DNA of 22,162 bases, from the UHGV virus genome UHGV-1575795, one strand, 5' to 3'. How positions within the stretch are numbered: position 1 is the stretch's first letter; each line of letters begins with the position of its first letter. The position numbers were made by a program, and so were the translations under genes. The DNA is from a virus. Of the stretch, positions 10,376-22,162 are shown piece after piece. The notes under the pieces were generated by a model. The model searched no databases. It was not told the DNA's origin and saw nothing but the letters and a program-made list of their open reading frames with translations.

Positions 10376-10950
10376 CGCTTTATTACCATTCTCAGTTGAT
10401 GCTGCAGCGCATAGCCCAGCTCTTTCGGAAGACGCTCACGCCGTATCTGTTCAATATTCTGTTTAAACGCCGTGGTCAGCGGCACCGCCATCGGGATTTT
10501 CACCACATCAATGGGGTAACGGTTTTTCCCGGCCACACGCTGCATGACATGCCACCGGCCATTTTTCAGTTGCTGAATAAACGCGCCGGGAATACGACGG
10601 TTTCCCACCACAAGCACGCTGCCGCCACCTTTCAGGGATGAACGCTGCCCCTTTTTACGACGCCTGCGGCGGGACAGGACAACCCGCGCATTACCCAGCT
10701 TGATTACGGGCAAATCCCCCCGGTTAACCCTGATTCTGGCCTGCGGATTTTTGACCGTGGCCCTTTTCAGCCTGGCCCTTTCCTTTACCAGTTTCCGGCG
10801 TACCTTTGTCTCACGGGCAACCTGTGACGCCGACTGATTCATTGCCGTTGTGGCCACGCGGTTAATGGCCATTGCGGAGGCACCGGGCACTGCCGTTTTG
10901 CTGATACGGCTGAGGTTTTCAACGGCCTGCTCAAGACCTTTTATGGCCAT
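10372..10950 (-). CDS. Z: Tail completion protein Z
   Basis: 192-aa ORF (MAIKGLEQAVENLSRISKTAVPG...), lambda gpZ length and position as recalled. Confidence 0.92.
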   Translation of the reverse strand: MAIKGLEQAVENLSRISKTAVPGASAMAINRVATTAMNQSASQVARETKVRRKLVKERARLKRATVKNPQARIRVNRGDLPVIKLGNARVVLSRRRRRKKGQRSSLKGGGSVLVVGNRRIPGAFIQQLKNGRWHVMQRVAGKNRYPIDVVKIPMAVPLTTAFKQNIEQIRRERLPKELGYALQHQLRMVIKR

Positions 10951-10961
10951 ACATCCCCCTT

Positions 10962-11315
10962 TCAGCGGCGACGGTTAACGGCAGGCGGTACGCCCCGCCC
11001 AAGCCAGAGATGACAGCTTCCGCCATCATCCGGCGAAACCCGGTCTATCCAGAAGTTTTCCTCACCGATGGTCAGCGTGTCTCCGCGCCGCAGCTGCCGC
11101 ACATCATCAGTCCGGACAAACAGGGACGGGCTGGAGCCTTCAACGCGCACGCCCTGTCCGGCATAGCTGATATTTTCAGGGTCATCAAAAACACCACGTA
11201 TCACAGCACCGGACTGCTCACCGGATGTCATGGTGGCTGACGTTCCCATGTACCCGCGTATCGTTTCATCGGCGCGGGCAATGGCAGCATCGAACAGGTT
11301 ATCGAAATCAGCCAC
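10962..11315 (-). CDS. FII: Head-tail joining protein FII
   Basis: 117-aa ORF (MADFDNLFDAAIARADETIRGYMG...), lambda gpFII length as recalled. Confidence 0.92.
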   Translation of the reverse strand: MADFDNLFDAAIARADETIRGYMGTSATMTSGEQSGAVIRGVFDDPENISYAGQGVRVEGSSPSLFVRTDDVRQLRRGDTLTIGEENFWIDRVSPDDGGSCHLWLGRGVPPAVNRRR

Positions 11316-11326
11316 AGCGCCTCCCG

Positions 11327-11725
11327 TTATTGCATTCTGGCCAGGCCGCGCTCTGTCATTTCAGCTGCCACACCGGCAGAGACACGGAACGCCGTTCCCG
11401 GCAGCACAAATGCCACAGGTTCATCCCGCGTGGCGTGAAGTGCATCAGTATGCAGCGTCACCAGTGCCACGACCGTGACCAGTTCAGACGTATCCAGAAT
11501 CACGGTATCCGGCTGCGCTGATCCCACCTCATTTTCATGTCCGGTCAGCACATTTTCCCGGCTGAGAGGGGTGTCCTGACCGGCAGTTTCATCCGTGTCA
11601 TCAAGCTCCTCTTCCAGCTCTGCCACACGGAGCGCCAGTTCTTCTTTCGTCCCCGTCAGGCTGACATCACGGTTCAGTTGTTCACCCAGCGAGCGGAGAC
11701 GGGCAATCAGTTCATCTTTCGTCAT
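11327..11725 (-). CDS. FI: DNA-packaging / head assembly protein FI
   Basis: ORF track gives 145 aa; the internal ATG (MTKDELIARLRSLGEQLNRDVSLTG...) at 11725 gives 132 aa, the lambda gpFI length as recalled. Confidence 0.9.
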   Translation of the reverse strand: MTKDELIARLRSLGEQLNRDVSLTGTKEELALRVAELEEELDDTDETAGQDTPLSRENVLTGHENEVGSAQPDTVILDTSELVTVVALVTLHTDALHATRDEPVAFVLPGTAFRVSAGVAAEMTERGLARMQ

Positions 11726-11766
11726 GGACTCCTCCACAGAGAAACAATGGCCCCGAAGGGCCATGA

Positions 11767-12792
11767 TTACGCCAGTTGTACGGACACGAACTCATCAGGG
11801 TCAGCCAGCAGCATCAGCGGTGCTGACTGAATCATGGTGAACTCTCGCGCCGGATCGCCGGATGTCTTCCAGTTTTTCGGATAACGGGGAGACGCATTAA
11901 TACCCTCACTCAATGCATCCGCATCCTGAATGCAGCCATAGGTGCGCAGACCGCGTGCATGAGTGTTCCCCAGCACCATCGTGTTGTCCGGCAGGAAGTT
12001 CTTTTTGACGCCGTTTTCCACGTACTGTCCGGAATACACGACGATGGCCACATCGCCATACATTCCCTTATAAGACACCGCTTTGCCCAGGTCTTTTACC
12101 GCAGTCTCCAGCTCGGAATTAGAGCCGCGACGGGTATCCAGCTTCTCCTTGACGGCTTTGAAGGAACGGAACAGCGCCCAGCCTTTCGGATCAAACACGA
12201 TGATGTTCACCACACCGCTGGCGTTCAGCGCGTAGGCTTCGATATCGTCGGTCGGGTCATACGTGGACTTGTCACGCTTGCTCCACTCCGTGCCACCGGA
12301 CTGTGTGATGTTGTTCGCCGCACTGCGGCCCATATCCACCTCAACCGGATCGAAGGCTTCACCGGTCATGGTGTATTTGCCCTTGAGCACGGCAGAAACT
12401 GCCTGCATCTCTTCGACCTGAGCAATGGCCAGCTCTTCGTCACGCATGTTCTGCATGATGATGCGACGGCGGCGGTAAGCCGGGTCCGCCAGATTCTGCG
12501 GATCTTCATCCGGCAGGCGACGCAGGGTCATCTGCGGATTCACCTCATGCTTCGGCTTGACATATCCCGGCGTAAATTCAGAGGTGGAGCCGCCACGGGA
12601 ACGGATAACCTCACCGGAAACAATCGGCGAAACGTACAGCGCCATGTTTACCAGTCCCGGAATTTGTGAGAGATAGACTTTCTCCGTGGTGAAGGGATAG
12701 CTCTCACGGAAAAAGAGACGCAGAAACAGCGGATCAAACTTAAATTTCTTCTCATTTGCCGCCAGCAGCTGGGCGGTTGTGTACATCGACAT
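11767..12792 (-). CDS. E: Major capsid protein E
   Basis: Internal start MSMYTTAQLLAANEKKFKFDPLFLRLFFRESYPFTTEKVYL at 12792 gives 341 aa, the lambda gpE length as recalled; the 350-aa track ORF starts 9 codons upstream. Confidence 0.93.
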   Translation of the reverse strand: MSMYTTAQLLAANEKKFKFDPLFLRLFFRESYPFTTEKVYLSQIPGLVNMALYVSPIVSGEVIRSRGGSTSEFTPGYVKPKHEVNPQMTLRRLPDEDPQNLADPAYRRRRIIMQNMRDEELAIAQVEEMQAVSAVLKGKYTMTGEAFDPVEVDMGRSAANNITQSGGTEWSKRDKSTYDPTDDIEAYALNASGVVNIIVFDPKGWALFRSFKAVKEKLDTRRGSNSELETAVKDLGKAVSYKGMYGDVAIVVYSGQYVENGVKKNFLPDNTMVLGNTHARGLRTYGCIQDADALSEGINASPRYPKNWKTSGDPAREFTMIQSAPLMLLADPDEFVSVQLA

Positions 12793-12847
12793 AAAAAAAT
12801 CCCGTAAAAAAAGCCGCACCGGCGGCCTTTAGTGATGAAGGGTAAGG

Positions 12848-13180
12848 TTAAACGATGCTGATTGCCGTTCCGGCAAACGCGGTCCGTTTTTTCGTCTCGT
12901 CGCTGGCAGCCTCCGGCCAGAGCACATCCTCATAACGGAACGTGCCGGACTTGTAGAACGTCAGCGTGGTGCTGGTCTGGTCAGCAGCAACCGCCAGAAT
13001 GCCAACGGCAGCACCGTCGGTGGTGCCATCCCACGCAACCAGCTTACGGCTGGAGGTGTCCAGCATCAGCGGGGTCATTGCAGGCGCTTTCGCACTCAAT
13101 CCGCCGGGCGCGGTTGCCGTATGTGCCGGGTCACTGTTGCCCAGCGGCTGGTAATGGGTAAAGGTTTCTTTGCTCGTCAT
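12848..13180 (-). CDS. D: Capsid decoration protein D
   Basis: [67 protein letters not shown]...; 110 aa from the second ATG, which has a well-spaced AAGGG Shine-Dalgarno. Confidence 0.93.
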   Translation of the reverse strand: MTSKETFTHYQPLGNSDPAHTATAPGGLSAKAPAMTPLMLDTSSRKLVAWDGTTDGAAVGILAVAADQTSTTLTFYKSGTFRYEDVLWPEAASDETKKRTAFAGTAISIV

Positions 13181-13189
13181 AAACATCCC

Positions 13190-13795
13190 TTACACTGGTG
13201 TGTTCAGCAAATCGTTAACGGCATCAGATGCCGGGTTACCTGCAGCCAGCGGTGCCGGTGCCCCCTGCATCAGACGATCCAGCGCAGTGTCACTGCGCGC
13301 CTGTGCACTCTGTGGTGCAGCTGCCAGAATGCGGCGGGCCGTTTCCACGGTCATACCGGGGGTTTCGGCCAGCACGCGTGCCTGTTCTTCGCGTCCGTGA
13401 GCCTCCTCACAGTTGAGGATCCCCATAATGCGGCTGTTTTCTGCCGCAACCGCTGCGGTGATCTGCGCGTTCACGTCCGGCTGCGCCGCGCTGGCGTTTT
13501 CGCCCTCCGTCGCTGGCACCACGTCAGTAACGTCAGCCTGCGAAGCAGTGGCTGAAACAGTTGTTGATTGAGTCTCTTTGGTCATTCGCCCTCCTGAGAG
13601 ACGGGATTTACGTGCATCCAGTGCATCACGCATGACGGTGATCGCATCGGTGCTGTTAACAAGTTCATCAGCCAGTCCGGCATCAATGGCCTCCTGACCG
13701 CTGTACACTGCAGCCTCGGTATCCAGCACAGCCTGCACGGACAGGCCGGTATATGCCGACACCTTCTGTGCAAACATCCGGCGGGTTGCATCCAT
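13190..13795 (-). CDS. Nu3: Scaffolding protein Nu3 (in-frame internal start within C)
   Basis: Internal ATG giving MDATRRMFAQKVSAYTGLSVQ... through the C stop: 201 aa, the lambda Nu3 length as recalled. Confidence 0.8.
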   Translation of the reverse strand: MDATRRMFAQKVSAYTGLSVQAVLDTEAAVYSGQEAIDAGLADELVNSTDAITVMRDALDARKSRLSGGRMTKETQSTTVSATASQADVTDVVPATEGENASAAQPDVNAQITAAVAAENSRIMGILNCEEAHGREEQARVLAETPGMTVETARRILAAAPQSAQARSDTALDRLMQGAPAPLAAGNPASDAVNDLLNTPV

Positions 13796-14489
13796 CCGGG
13801 ACTGCAGTGTTTCCCGGACATCATCCGGTAGATGGCTGTAGGGGTTGCCATCCACCTTATGGCTGCCGCTGTAAATCAGCGTGATTTCCACACCCTGTTT
13901 CTCCAGGGCAGCACCGTAATTACTGTGAGCCATCATGACGCCGATGGAGCCTGTCCGGGCGGTCTGCGTGACCAGACGCCGGGAGGCGGCACTGGCAAGC
14001 AGCTGACCTGCACTGCAGTTCATGTCGTTGGCCAGCGCCCATACCGGTTTTATGTCACGCACACGGGCGATGATGTCAGCGCAGTCAAATGCCCCCGCCA
14101 CCATCCCGCCGGGCGTGTCCATATCGAGCAGAATGCCGTCCACCATCGGATCGCTGGCAGCCTGTTGCAGACGGGCGATAATGCCGTTGTAACCGGTCAT
14201 CCCCGAATACGGCTGCAGCGCCCGCGTCCGGCTGACCAGCGTGCCGGAAACCGGCAGCACGGCGATGCCGTTCATGACCTGATAACTGCGGGCCTGTCGT
14301 GGTCCGTCATCATCACCGGATAATGCCAGCGTCGCGAGTGCCTCCTGGGCAGTCAGGCTGTCGCCGGACACCGCATCCGTCAGGCGGCTGATCCCAAGCT
14401 GGCCTGCAAGCGCACAAAAGAAAACCCGCGCATAGGCGGGTTCAAGCATCAGCGGCTCATTAAAGGCCATGCTGGCAATATGCGGGAGA

Positions 14490-14509
<20 letters not shown>
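13190..14509 (-). CDS. C: Head maturation protease / scaffold C (ClpP/SppA-like)
   Basis: 439 aa from a GTG at 14509 (VTAELRNLPHIASMAFNEPLMLEPAYARVFF...); overlaps the B 3' end by 20 nt as in lambda. The 484-aa track ORF is an upstream extension. Confidence 0.9.
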
Positions 14510-18190
<3,681 letters not shown>

Positions 18191-18216
<26 letters not shown>

Positions 18217-18736
18217 TCAGCAACCCCGGTATCAGTTCATCCAGCGCGGCTGCTTTGTTCATGGCTTTGATGATATCCCGTTTCAGGAAATCAACATGTC
18301 GGTTTTCCAGTTCCGGAAAACGCCGCTGCACCGACAGTGGGATCCCGTCGAGAATACTGGCAATTTCACCTGCGATCCGCGACAGCACGAAAGTACAGAA
18401 TGCGGTTTCCACCACTTCAGCGGAGTCTCTGGCATTTTTCAGCTCCTGTGCGTCGGCCTGCGCACGCGTAAGTCGATGGCGTTCGTACTCAATAGTCCCT
18501 GGCTGGAGATCTGTCTCGCTGGCCTGCCGCAGTTCTTCAACCTCCCGGCGCAGCTTTTCGTTCTCAATTTCAGCATCCCTTTCGGCATACCATCTTATAA
18601 CGGCGGCAGAGTCATAAAGCACCTCATTACCCTTGCCACCGCCTCGCAGAACGGGCATTCCCTGTTCCTGCCAGTTCTGAATGGTACGGATACTCGCACC
18701 GAAAATGTCAGCCAGCTGCTTTTTGTTGACTTCCAT
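18191..18736 (-). CDS. Nu1: Terminase small subunit Nu1
   Basis: 181-aa ORF (MEVNKKQLADIFGASIRTIQNWQEQGMPVLRGGGKGNEVLYDSAAV...), matching lambda Nu1 as recalled, with an N-terminal helix-turn-helix; it lies about 190 nt from cosN as in lambda. Confidence 0.95.
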
Positions 18737-18759
18737 TGTTCATTCCACGGACAAAAACA

Positions 18760-18960
18760 GAGAAAGGAAACGACAAAGGCCAAAAAGCCCGTTTTCAGCA
18801 CCTGTCGTTTCCTTTCTTTTCAGGGGGTATTTTAAATAAAAACATTAAGTTACGACGAAGAAGAACGGAAATGCCTTAAACCGGAAAATTTTCATAAATA
18901 GCGAAAACCCGCGAGGTCGCCGCCCCGTAACCTGTCGGATCGCCGGAAAGGACCCGCAAA
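18760..18960. other. cos packaging site: cosB R-type repeats, cosN 12-nt cohesive end, probable cosQ flank
   Basis: The reverse complement of 18881..18925 reads GGGCGGCGACCTCGCGGGTTTTCGCTATTTATGAAAATTTTCCGG; the lambda cohesive-end 12-mer GGGCGGCGACCT is at 18914..18925 on the minus strand. Three TTTCC(G/T)TTCTT-type repeats, consistent with terminase-binding R sites, lie near 18763..18777, 18803..18817 and 18855..18870. Confidence 0.88.
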
Positions 18961-18962
18961 AT

Positions 18963-18975
18963 GATAATAATTATC
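18963..18975. promoter_or_regulatory. Palindrome GATAAT-A-ATTATC next to cos, upstream of the RHH gene (candidate operator)
   Basis: Perfect 6-1-6 inverted repeat read directly from the sequence; resembles the core of a Fur box. Functional assignment is speculative. Confidence 0.3.
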
Positions 18976-19124
18976 ATCTGCATGTCACAACGTGCATCTA
19001 CGCCATCAAACCACGTCAAATAATCAATTATGACGCAGATATCGTATTAATTGATCTGCATCAACTTAACGTAAAAACAACTTCAGACAATACAAATCAG
19101 CGACACTGAATACGGGACAACCTC

Positions 19125-19358
19125 ATGTCAACGAAGAACAGAACCCGCAGAACAACAACCCGCAACATCCGCTTTCCTAACCAAATGATTGAACAAATTA
19201 ACATCGCTCTTGAGCAAAAAGGGTCCGGGAATTTCTCAGCCTGGGTCATTGAAGCCTGCCGCCGGAGACTGTGCTCAGAAAAAAGAGTTTCTTCTGAAGC
19301 AAACAAAGAAAAGAGTGACATTACTGAATTGCTCAGAAAACAGGTCAGACCAGATTGA
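19125..19358 (+). CDS. ynfO: Small ribbon-helix-helix-like protein (YnfO-like), 77 aa
   Basis: MSTKNRTRRTTTRNIRFPNQMIEQINIALEQKGSGNFSAWVIEACRRRL...: basic N-terminus, a short strand (RNIRFP) and two helices, an RHH-like pattern. Resembles the 77-aa YnfO of the K-12 Qin prophage as recalled. Weak Shine-Dalgarno. Confidence 0.7.
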   Translation: MSTKNRTRRTTTRNIRFPNQMIEQINIALEQKGSGNFSAWVIEACRRRLCSEKRVSSEANKEKSDITELLRKQVRPD

Positions 19359-19415
19359 AGCAATTTAGATAATCGTGCAGACTACGCCCCCTCATATCAC
19401 ATGGAAGGTTTATCT

Positions 19416-19826
19416 ATGGATCAGGTAGTCATTTTTAAACAAATATTTGATAAAGTTCGAAACGATTTAAACTATCAATGGTTTTATTCTGAGCTAAAAC
19501 GTCACAATGTCTCACATTACATTTACTATTTAGCCACAGAGAATGTTCATATTGTATTAAAAAATGATAATACAGTGTTATTAAAGGGCCTAAAAAACAT
19601 TGTGTCTGTCAAATTTTCAAAGGATAGGCATCTTATAGAAACGACCTCTAATAAGCTGAAATCCAGAGAGATCACATTTCAGGAATACAGAAGAAACCTT
19701 GCTAAAGCAGGAGTTTTTCGGTGGGTTACAAATATCCACGAACAAAAAAGATATTACTATACCTTTGATAATTCATTACTATTTACTGAAAGCATCCAGA
19801 AAACTACACAGATCTTACCACGCTAA
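19416..19826 (+). CDS. ydfO: DUF1398-family protein (YdfO-like), 136 aa
   Basis: GGAAGG Shine-Dalgarno 7 nt before the ATG at 19416 (the track ORF starts at 19401); [48 protein letters not shown]... resembles Qin YdfO-type DUF1398 proteins as recalled. Starts 57 nt after the RHH gene on the same strand. Confidence 0.75.
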
Positions 19827-19923
19827 ACCATAACGTCCGGCTTCTCTCACTCCTGAGCCGGACTGCATTGGTTTAATAAAAACCATCAACAATTGTGATT
19901 TAGATATTCGGAACCATTCAAAT

Positions 19924-19948
19924 ATAACAAAACCCCGTAAAAACGAGG
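19924..19948 (-). terminator. Putative intrinsic terminator downstream of the gnsB-like gene
   Basis: Minus strand CCTCG-TTTTTA-CGGGG (5-bp stem with one G-U pair) followed by TTTTGTTAT, about 30 nt after the stop. Confidence 0.4.
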
Positions 19949-19977
19949 TTTATGGATAAATTTTATTATTGAATACA

Positions 19978-20154
19978 TCAGATTAAATTAATCTTGACAT
20001 CATAGCTTTCAAGACCCGTCATTTTTTCCCGTGCGGTAAACTGAATACTGGTAACTTCTTTCCCGGTCTTTTTCTTAAGTTCAATAATTTTTTTTGTTAT
20101 ATATTCAGAAATATCTGCTTCTGCTTTTGTTTTTAAGTTTTCAATATTCATCAT
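19978..20154 (-). CDS. gnsB: GnsA/GnsB-family small protein, 58 aa (below the ORF-track size cutoff)
   Basis: Hand translation: MMNIENLKTKAEADISEYITKKIIELKKKTGKEVTSIQFTAREKMTGLESYDVKINLI, preceded by a GAGGA Shine-Dalgarno; strongly resembles E. coli GnsA/GnsB as recalled. Confidence 0.8.
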   Translation of the reverse strand: MMNIENLKTKAEADISEYITKKIIELKKKTGKEVTSIQFTAREKMTGLESYDVKINLI

Positions 20155-20322
20155 TTCCTCTTTTAGTCTGTTATGACTTTCCAGTTACACAGTAAGTCGA
20201 TTATATGGTGCAAACGTGTAAAAGATAAGATGAAACATCGCAATAATCAACATACGATAGTCTAAATTTTACACAAACAGACAAAGAAAATTTTCCTGAA
20301 TTATCAATACAATAGCATCAAA

Positions 20323-20553
20323 TCAACTCAAGAGCCTTATTGCTGCTTCCAGAATTTCTTCTGAAGTAACATGTCGATCCGCGGCTACATAAATGACTTT
20401 ATGATCTCCGGTCAGAGATGGAAACCCTGCGGCCATTACAGTAAGGTGTGTTTTTTCGCCATTTGGATATTCACGCATGATGGTGTTAACTCCAGTCATC
20501 GCTGGCACTACCACTGCAGGTTCAGAGTTAAAAAAAACTATGATTTTTTTCAT
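20323..20553 (-). CDS. Hypothetical 76-aa protein (possibly YnfN-like)
   Basis: From the ATG at 20553: MKKIIVFFNSEPAVVVPAMTGVNTIMREYPNGEKTHLTVMAAGFPSLTGDHKVIYVAADRHVTSEEILEAAIRLLS. The 90-aa track ORF begins with a TTG directly abutting the upstream terminator, so the ATG is preferred. No clear Shine-Dalgarno. It sits where ynfN lies in Qin (between cspI and gnsB), but I cannot confirm identity. Confidence 0.45.
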   Translation of the reverse strand: MKKIIVFFNSEPAVVVPAMTGVNTIMREYPNGEKTHLTVMAAGFPSLTGDHKVIYVAADRHVTSEEILEAAIRLLS

Positions 20554-20597
20554 GATGTTACCGTAGTATGTGAGTATCCATCGAATAGATACCAAGC

Positions 20598-20617
20598 AAA
20601 AAAGCTCCCGAAGGAGC
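20598..20617 (-). terminator. Rho-independent terminator downstream of the cspI-like transcription unit
   Basis: Minus strand GCTCC-TTCG-GGAGC followed by TTTTTT: a 5-bp GC stem, tetraloop and U-tract. Confidence 0.7.
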
Positions 20618-20824
20618 CTTCATTTTCACTTTTTTAAATCCAACGACAGACGGCTGGCATTTAAGTATTGTGAAATATTATCAAATGTAATCATCATTGA
20701 TTTACAAAAGATACATTTTGCCCCGAAAGGATTCATGTCAGAAACATCAAAAGATGATGTTCTATACTGGGAACCATGACAACACGGGCATCTAAAGTGA
20801 ATATGGTTTGTAATATTGTCTACC

Positions 20825-21037
20825 TCAAAGCGCCACTACATGAACAGCGGCAGGACCTTTAGGTCCGTTCTCAATACCAAATTCAACTTCCTGATTCTCA
20901 GTTAATGTTTTGAAATCGTTGCTCTGAATTGCTGAGAAATGGACAAACACATCTTTGCTGCCATCTTTCGGCGTGATGAAACCAAAACCTTTTTCAGGGT
21001 TAAACCATTTCACTAAACCAGTCATTTTGTTAGACAT
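20825..21037 (-). CDS. cspI: Cold-shock protein, CspA family (CspI-like), 70 aa
   Basis: [70 protein letters not shown] with the RNP1-like KGFGFI and RNP2-like VFVHF motifs; the AAAGGTAATAATT-ATG upstream context is typical of csp genes. Confidence 0.92.
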   Translation of the reverse strand: MSNKMTGLVKWFNPEKGFGFITPKDGSKDVFVHFSAIQSNDFKTLTENQEVEFGIENGPKGPAAVHVVAL

Positions 21038-21400
21038 AATTATTACCTTTTGAAGAAATTAGCCCTTGGGCAGAATGGTCCGAAAAAAAATATCAGAGAG
21101 AAAAACCAACAAGGAAATCTCAAGAGGTACAAATAATAAAATTATAACAATGACTGCTTCAGATAATTTTGTAACAAACCAGAACACCATTAACGCATGA
21201 TTAACCACCCATAGCAAGGATTACTTTTGTAAAGAAAAACACAGCAATGAAAGAATAGCTTTATTTATTAATAATAACGTGTCATTCTGATTAAGACCTT
21301 TTATCTTACCCTTAAGATTTCAGGAATTTTGGCTCATGGAAGAGTCCTTTTTATTTAAATTTTACATTCCGCGATGTAAATGTTCCGATTTAATATTACC
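21038..21400 (-). promoter_or_regulatory. AT-rich promoter and long 5' leader of the cspI-like gene
   Basis: A 363-nt AT-rich non-coding gap between the Rz stop and the csp start; CspA-family genes characteristically carry long structured 5' UTRs. Exact promoter and cold-box elements are not mapped. Confidence 0.5.

Positions 21401-22162
<762 letters not shown>

Noticed and set aside
11959-12669. 236-aa plus-strand ORF
   Set aside because: Antisense to the major capsid gene E, whose translation matches lambda gpE across its full length.
13582-14323. Plus-strand ORFs of 89 and 163 aa overlapping the C protease gene
   Set aside because: Antisense or out-of-frame within C/Nu3, which is fully accounted for.
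20554-20595. TTG-initiated 14-codon N-terminal extension of the 76-aa ORF (the 90-aa version in the ORF track)
   Set aside because: The TTG sits directly after the U-tract of the 20598..20617 terminator, leaving no room for a ribosome-binding site; the downstream ATG at 20553 is the more plausible start.
20570-20779. 69-aa plus-strand ORF in the cspI 3' region
   Set aside because: No Shine-Dalgarno, runs through the minus-strand terminator hairpin, and has low-complexity composition; more likely non-coding.

Overview
This window is the late (morphogenetic) region of a lambda-like (lambdoid) phage or prophage, almost certainly from E. coli or a close enterobacterium, with nearly every gene on the minus strand. 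Reading high to low coordinates: the end of a lysis cassette (partial endolysin, Rz/Rz1 spanins), an AT-rich accessory island of about 2.5 kb, the cos packaging site, then a complete lambda-type head and tail cluster (Nu1, A, W, B, C/Nu3, D, E, FI, FII, Z, U, V, G/G-T, H, M, L, K, I) and the tail-tip gene J, which runs off the 5' edge. Gene order, lengths, overlaps and the G-T frameshift site match phage lambda as I recall it; these calls rest on my memory of lambda and E. coli K-12 protein sequences, not on a database search. The structural block is GC-rich and tightly packed, and I see nothing there that lambda biology does not explain. The accessory island resembles the cspI / gnsB / ydfO / ynfO segment of the K-12 Qin prophage. 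I do not see a clearly new multi-gene system. The best candidates for follow-up are two small gene pairs of unknown function in that island: an RHH-like protein with a DUF1398-like protein, and a 76-aa ORF with a GnsB-like protein. No tRNA, CRISPR array, IS element or integrase is visible.
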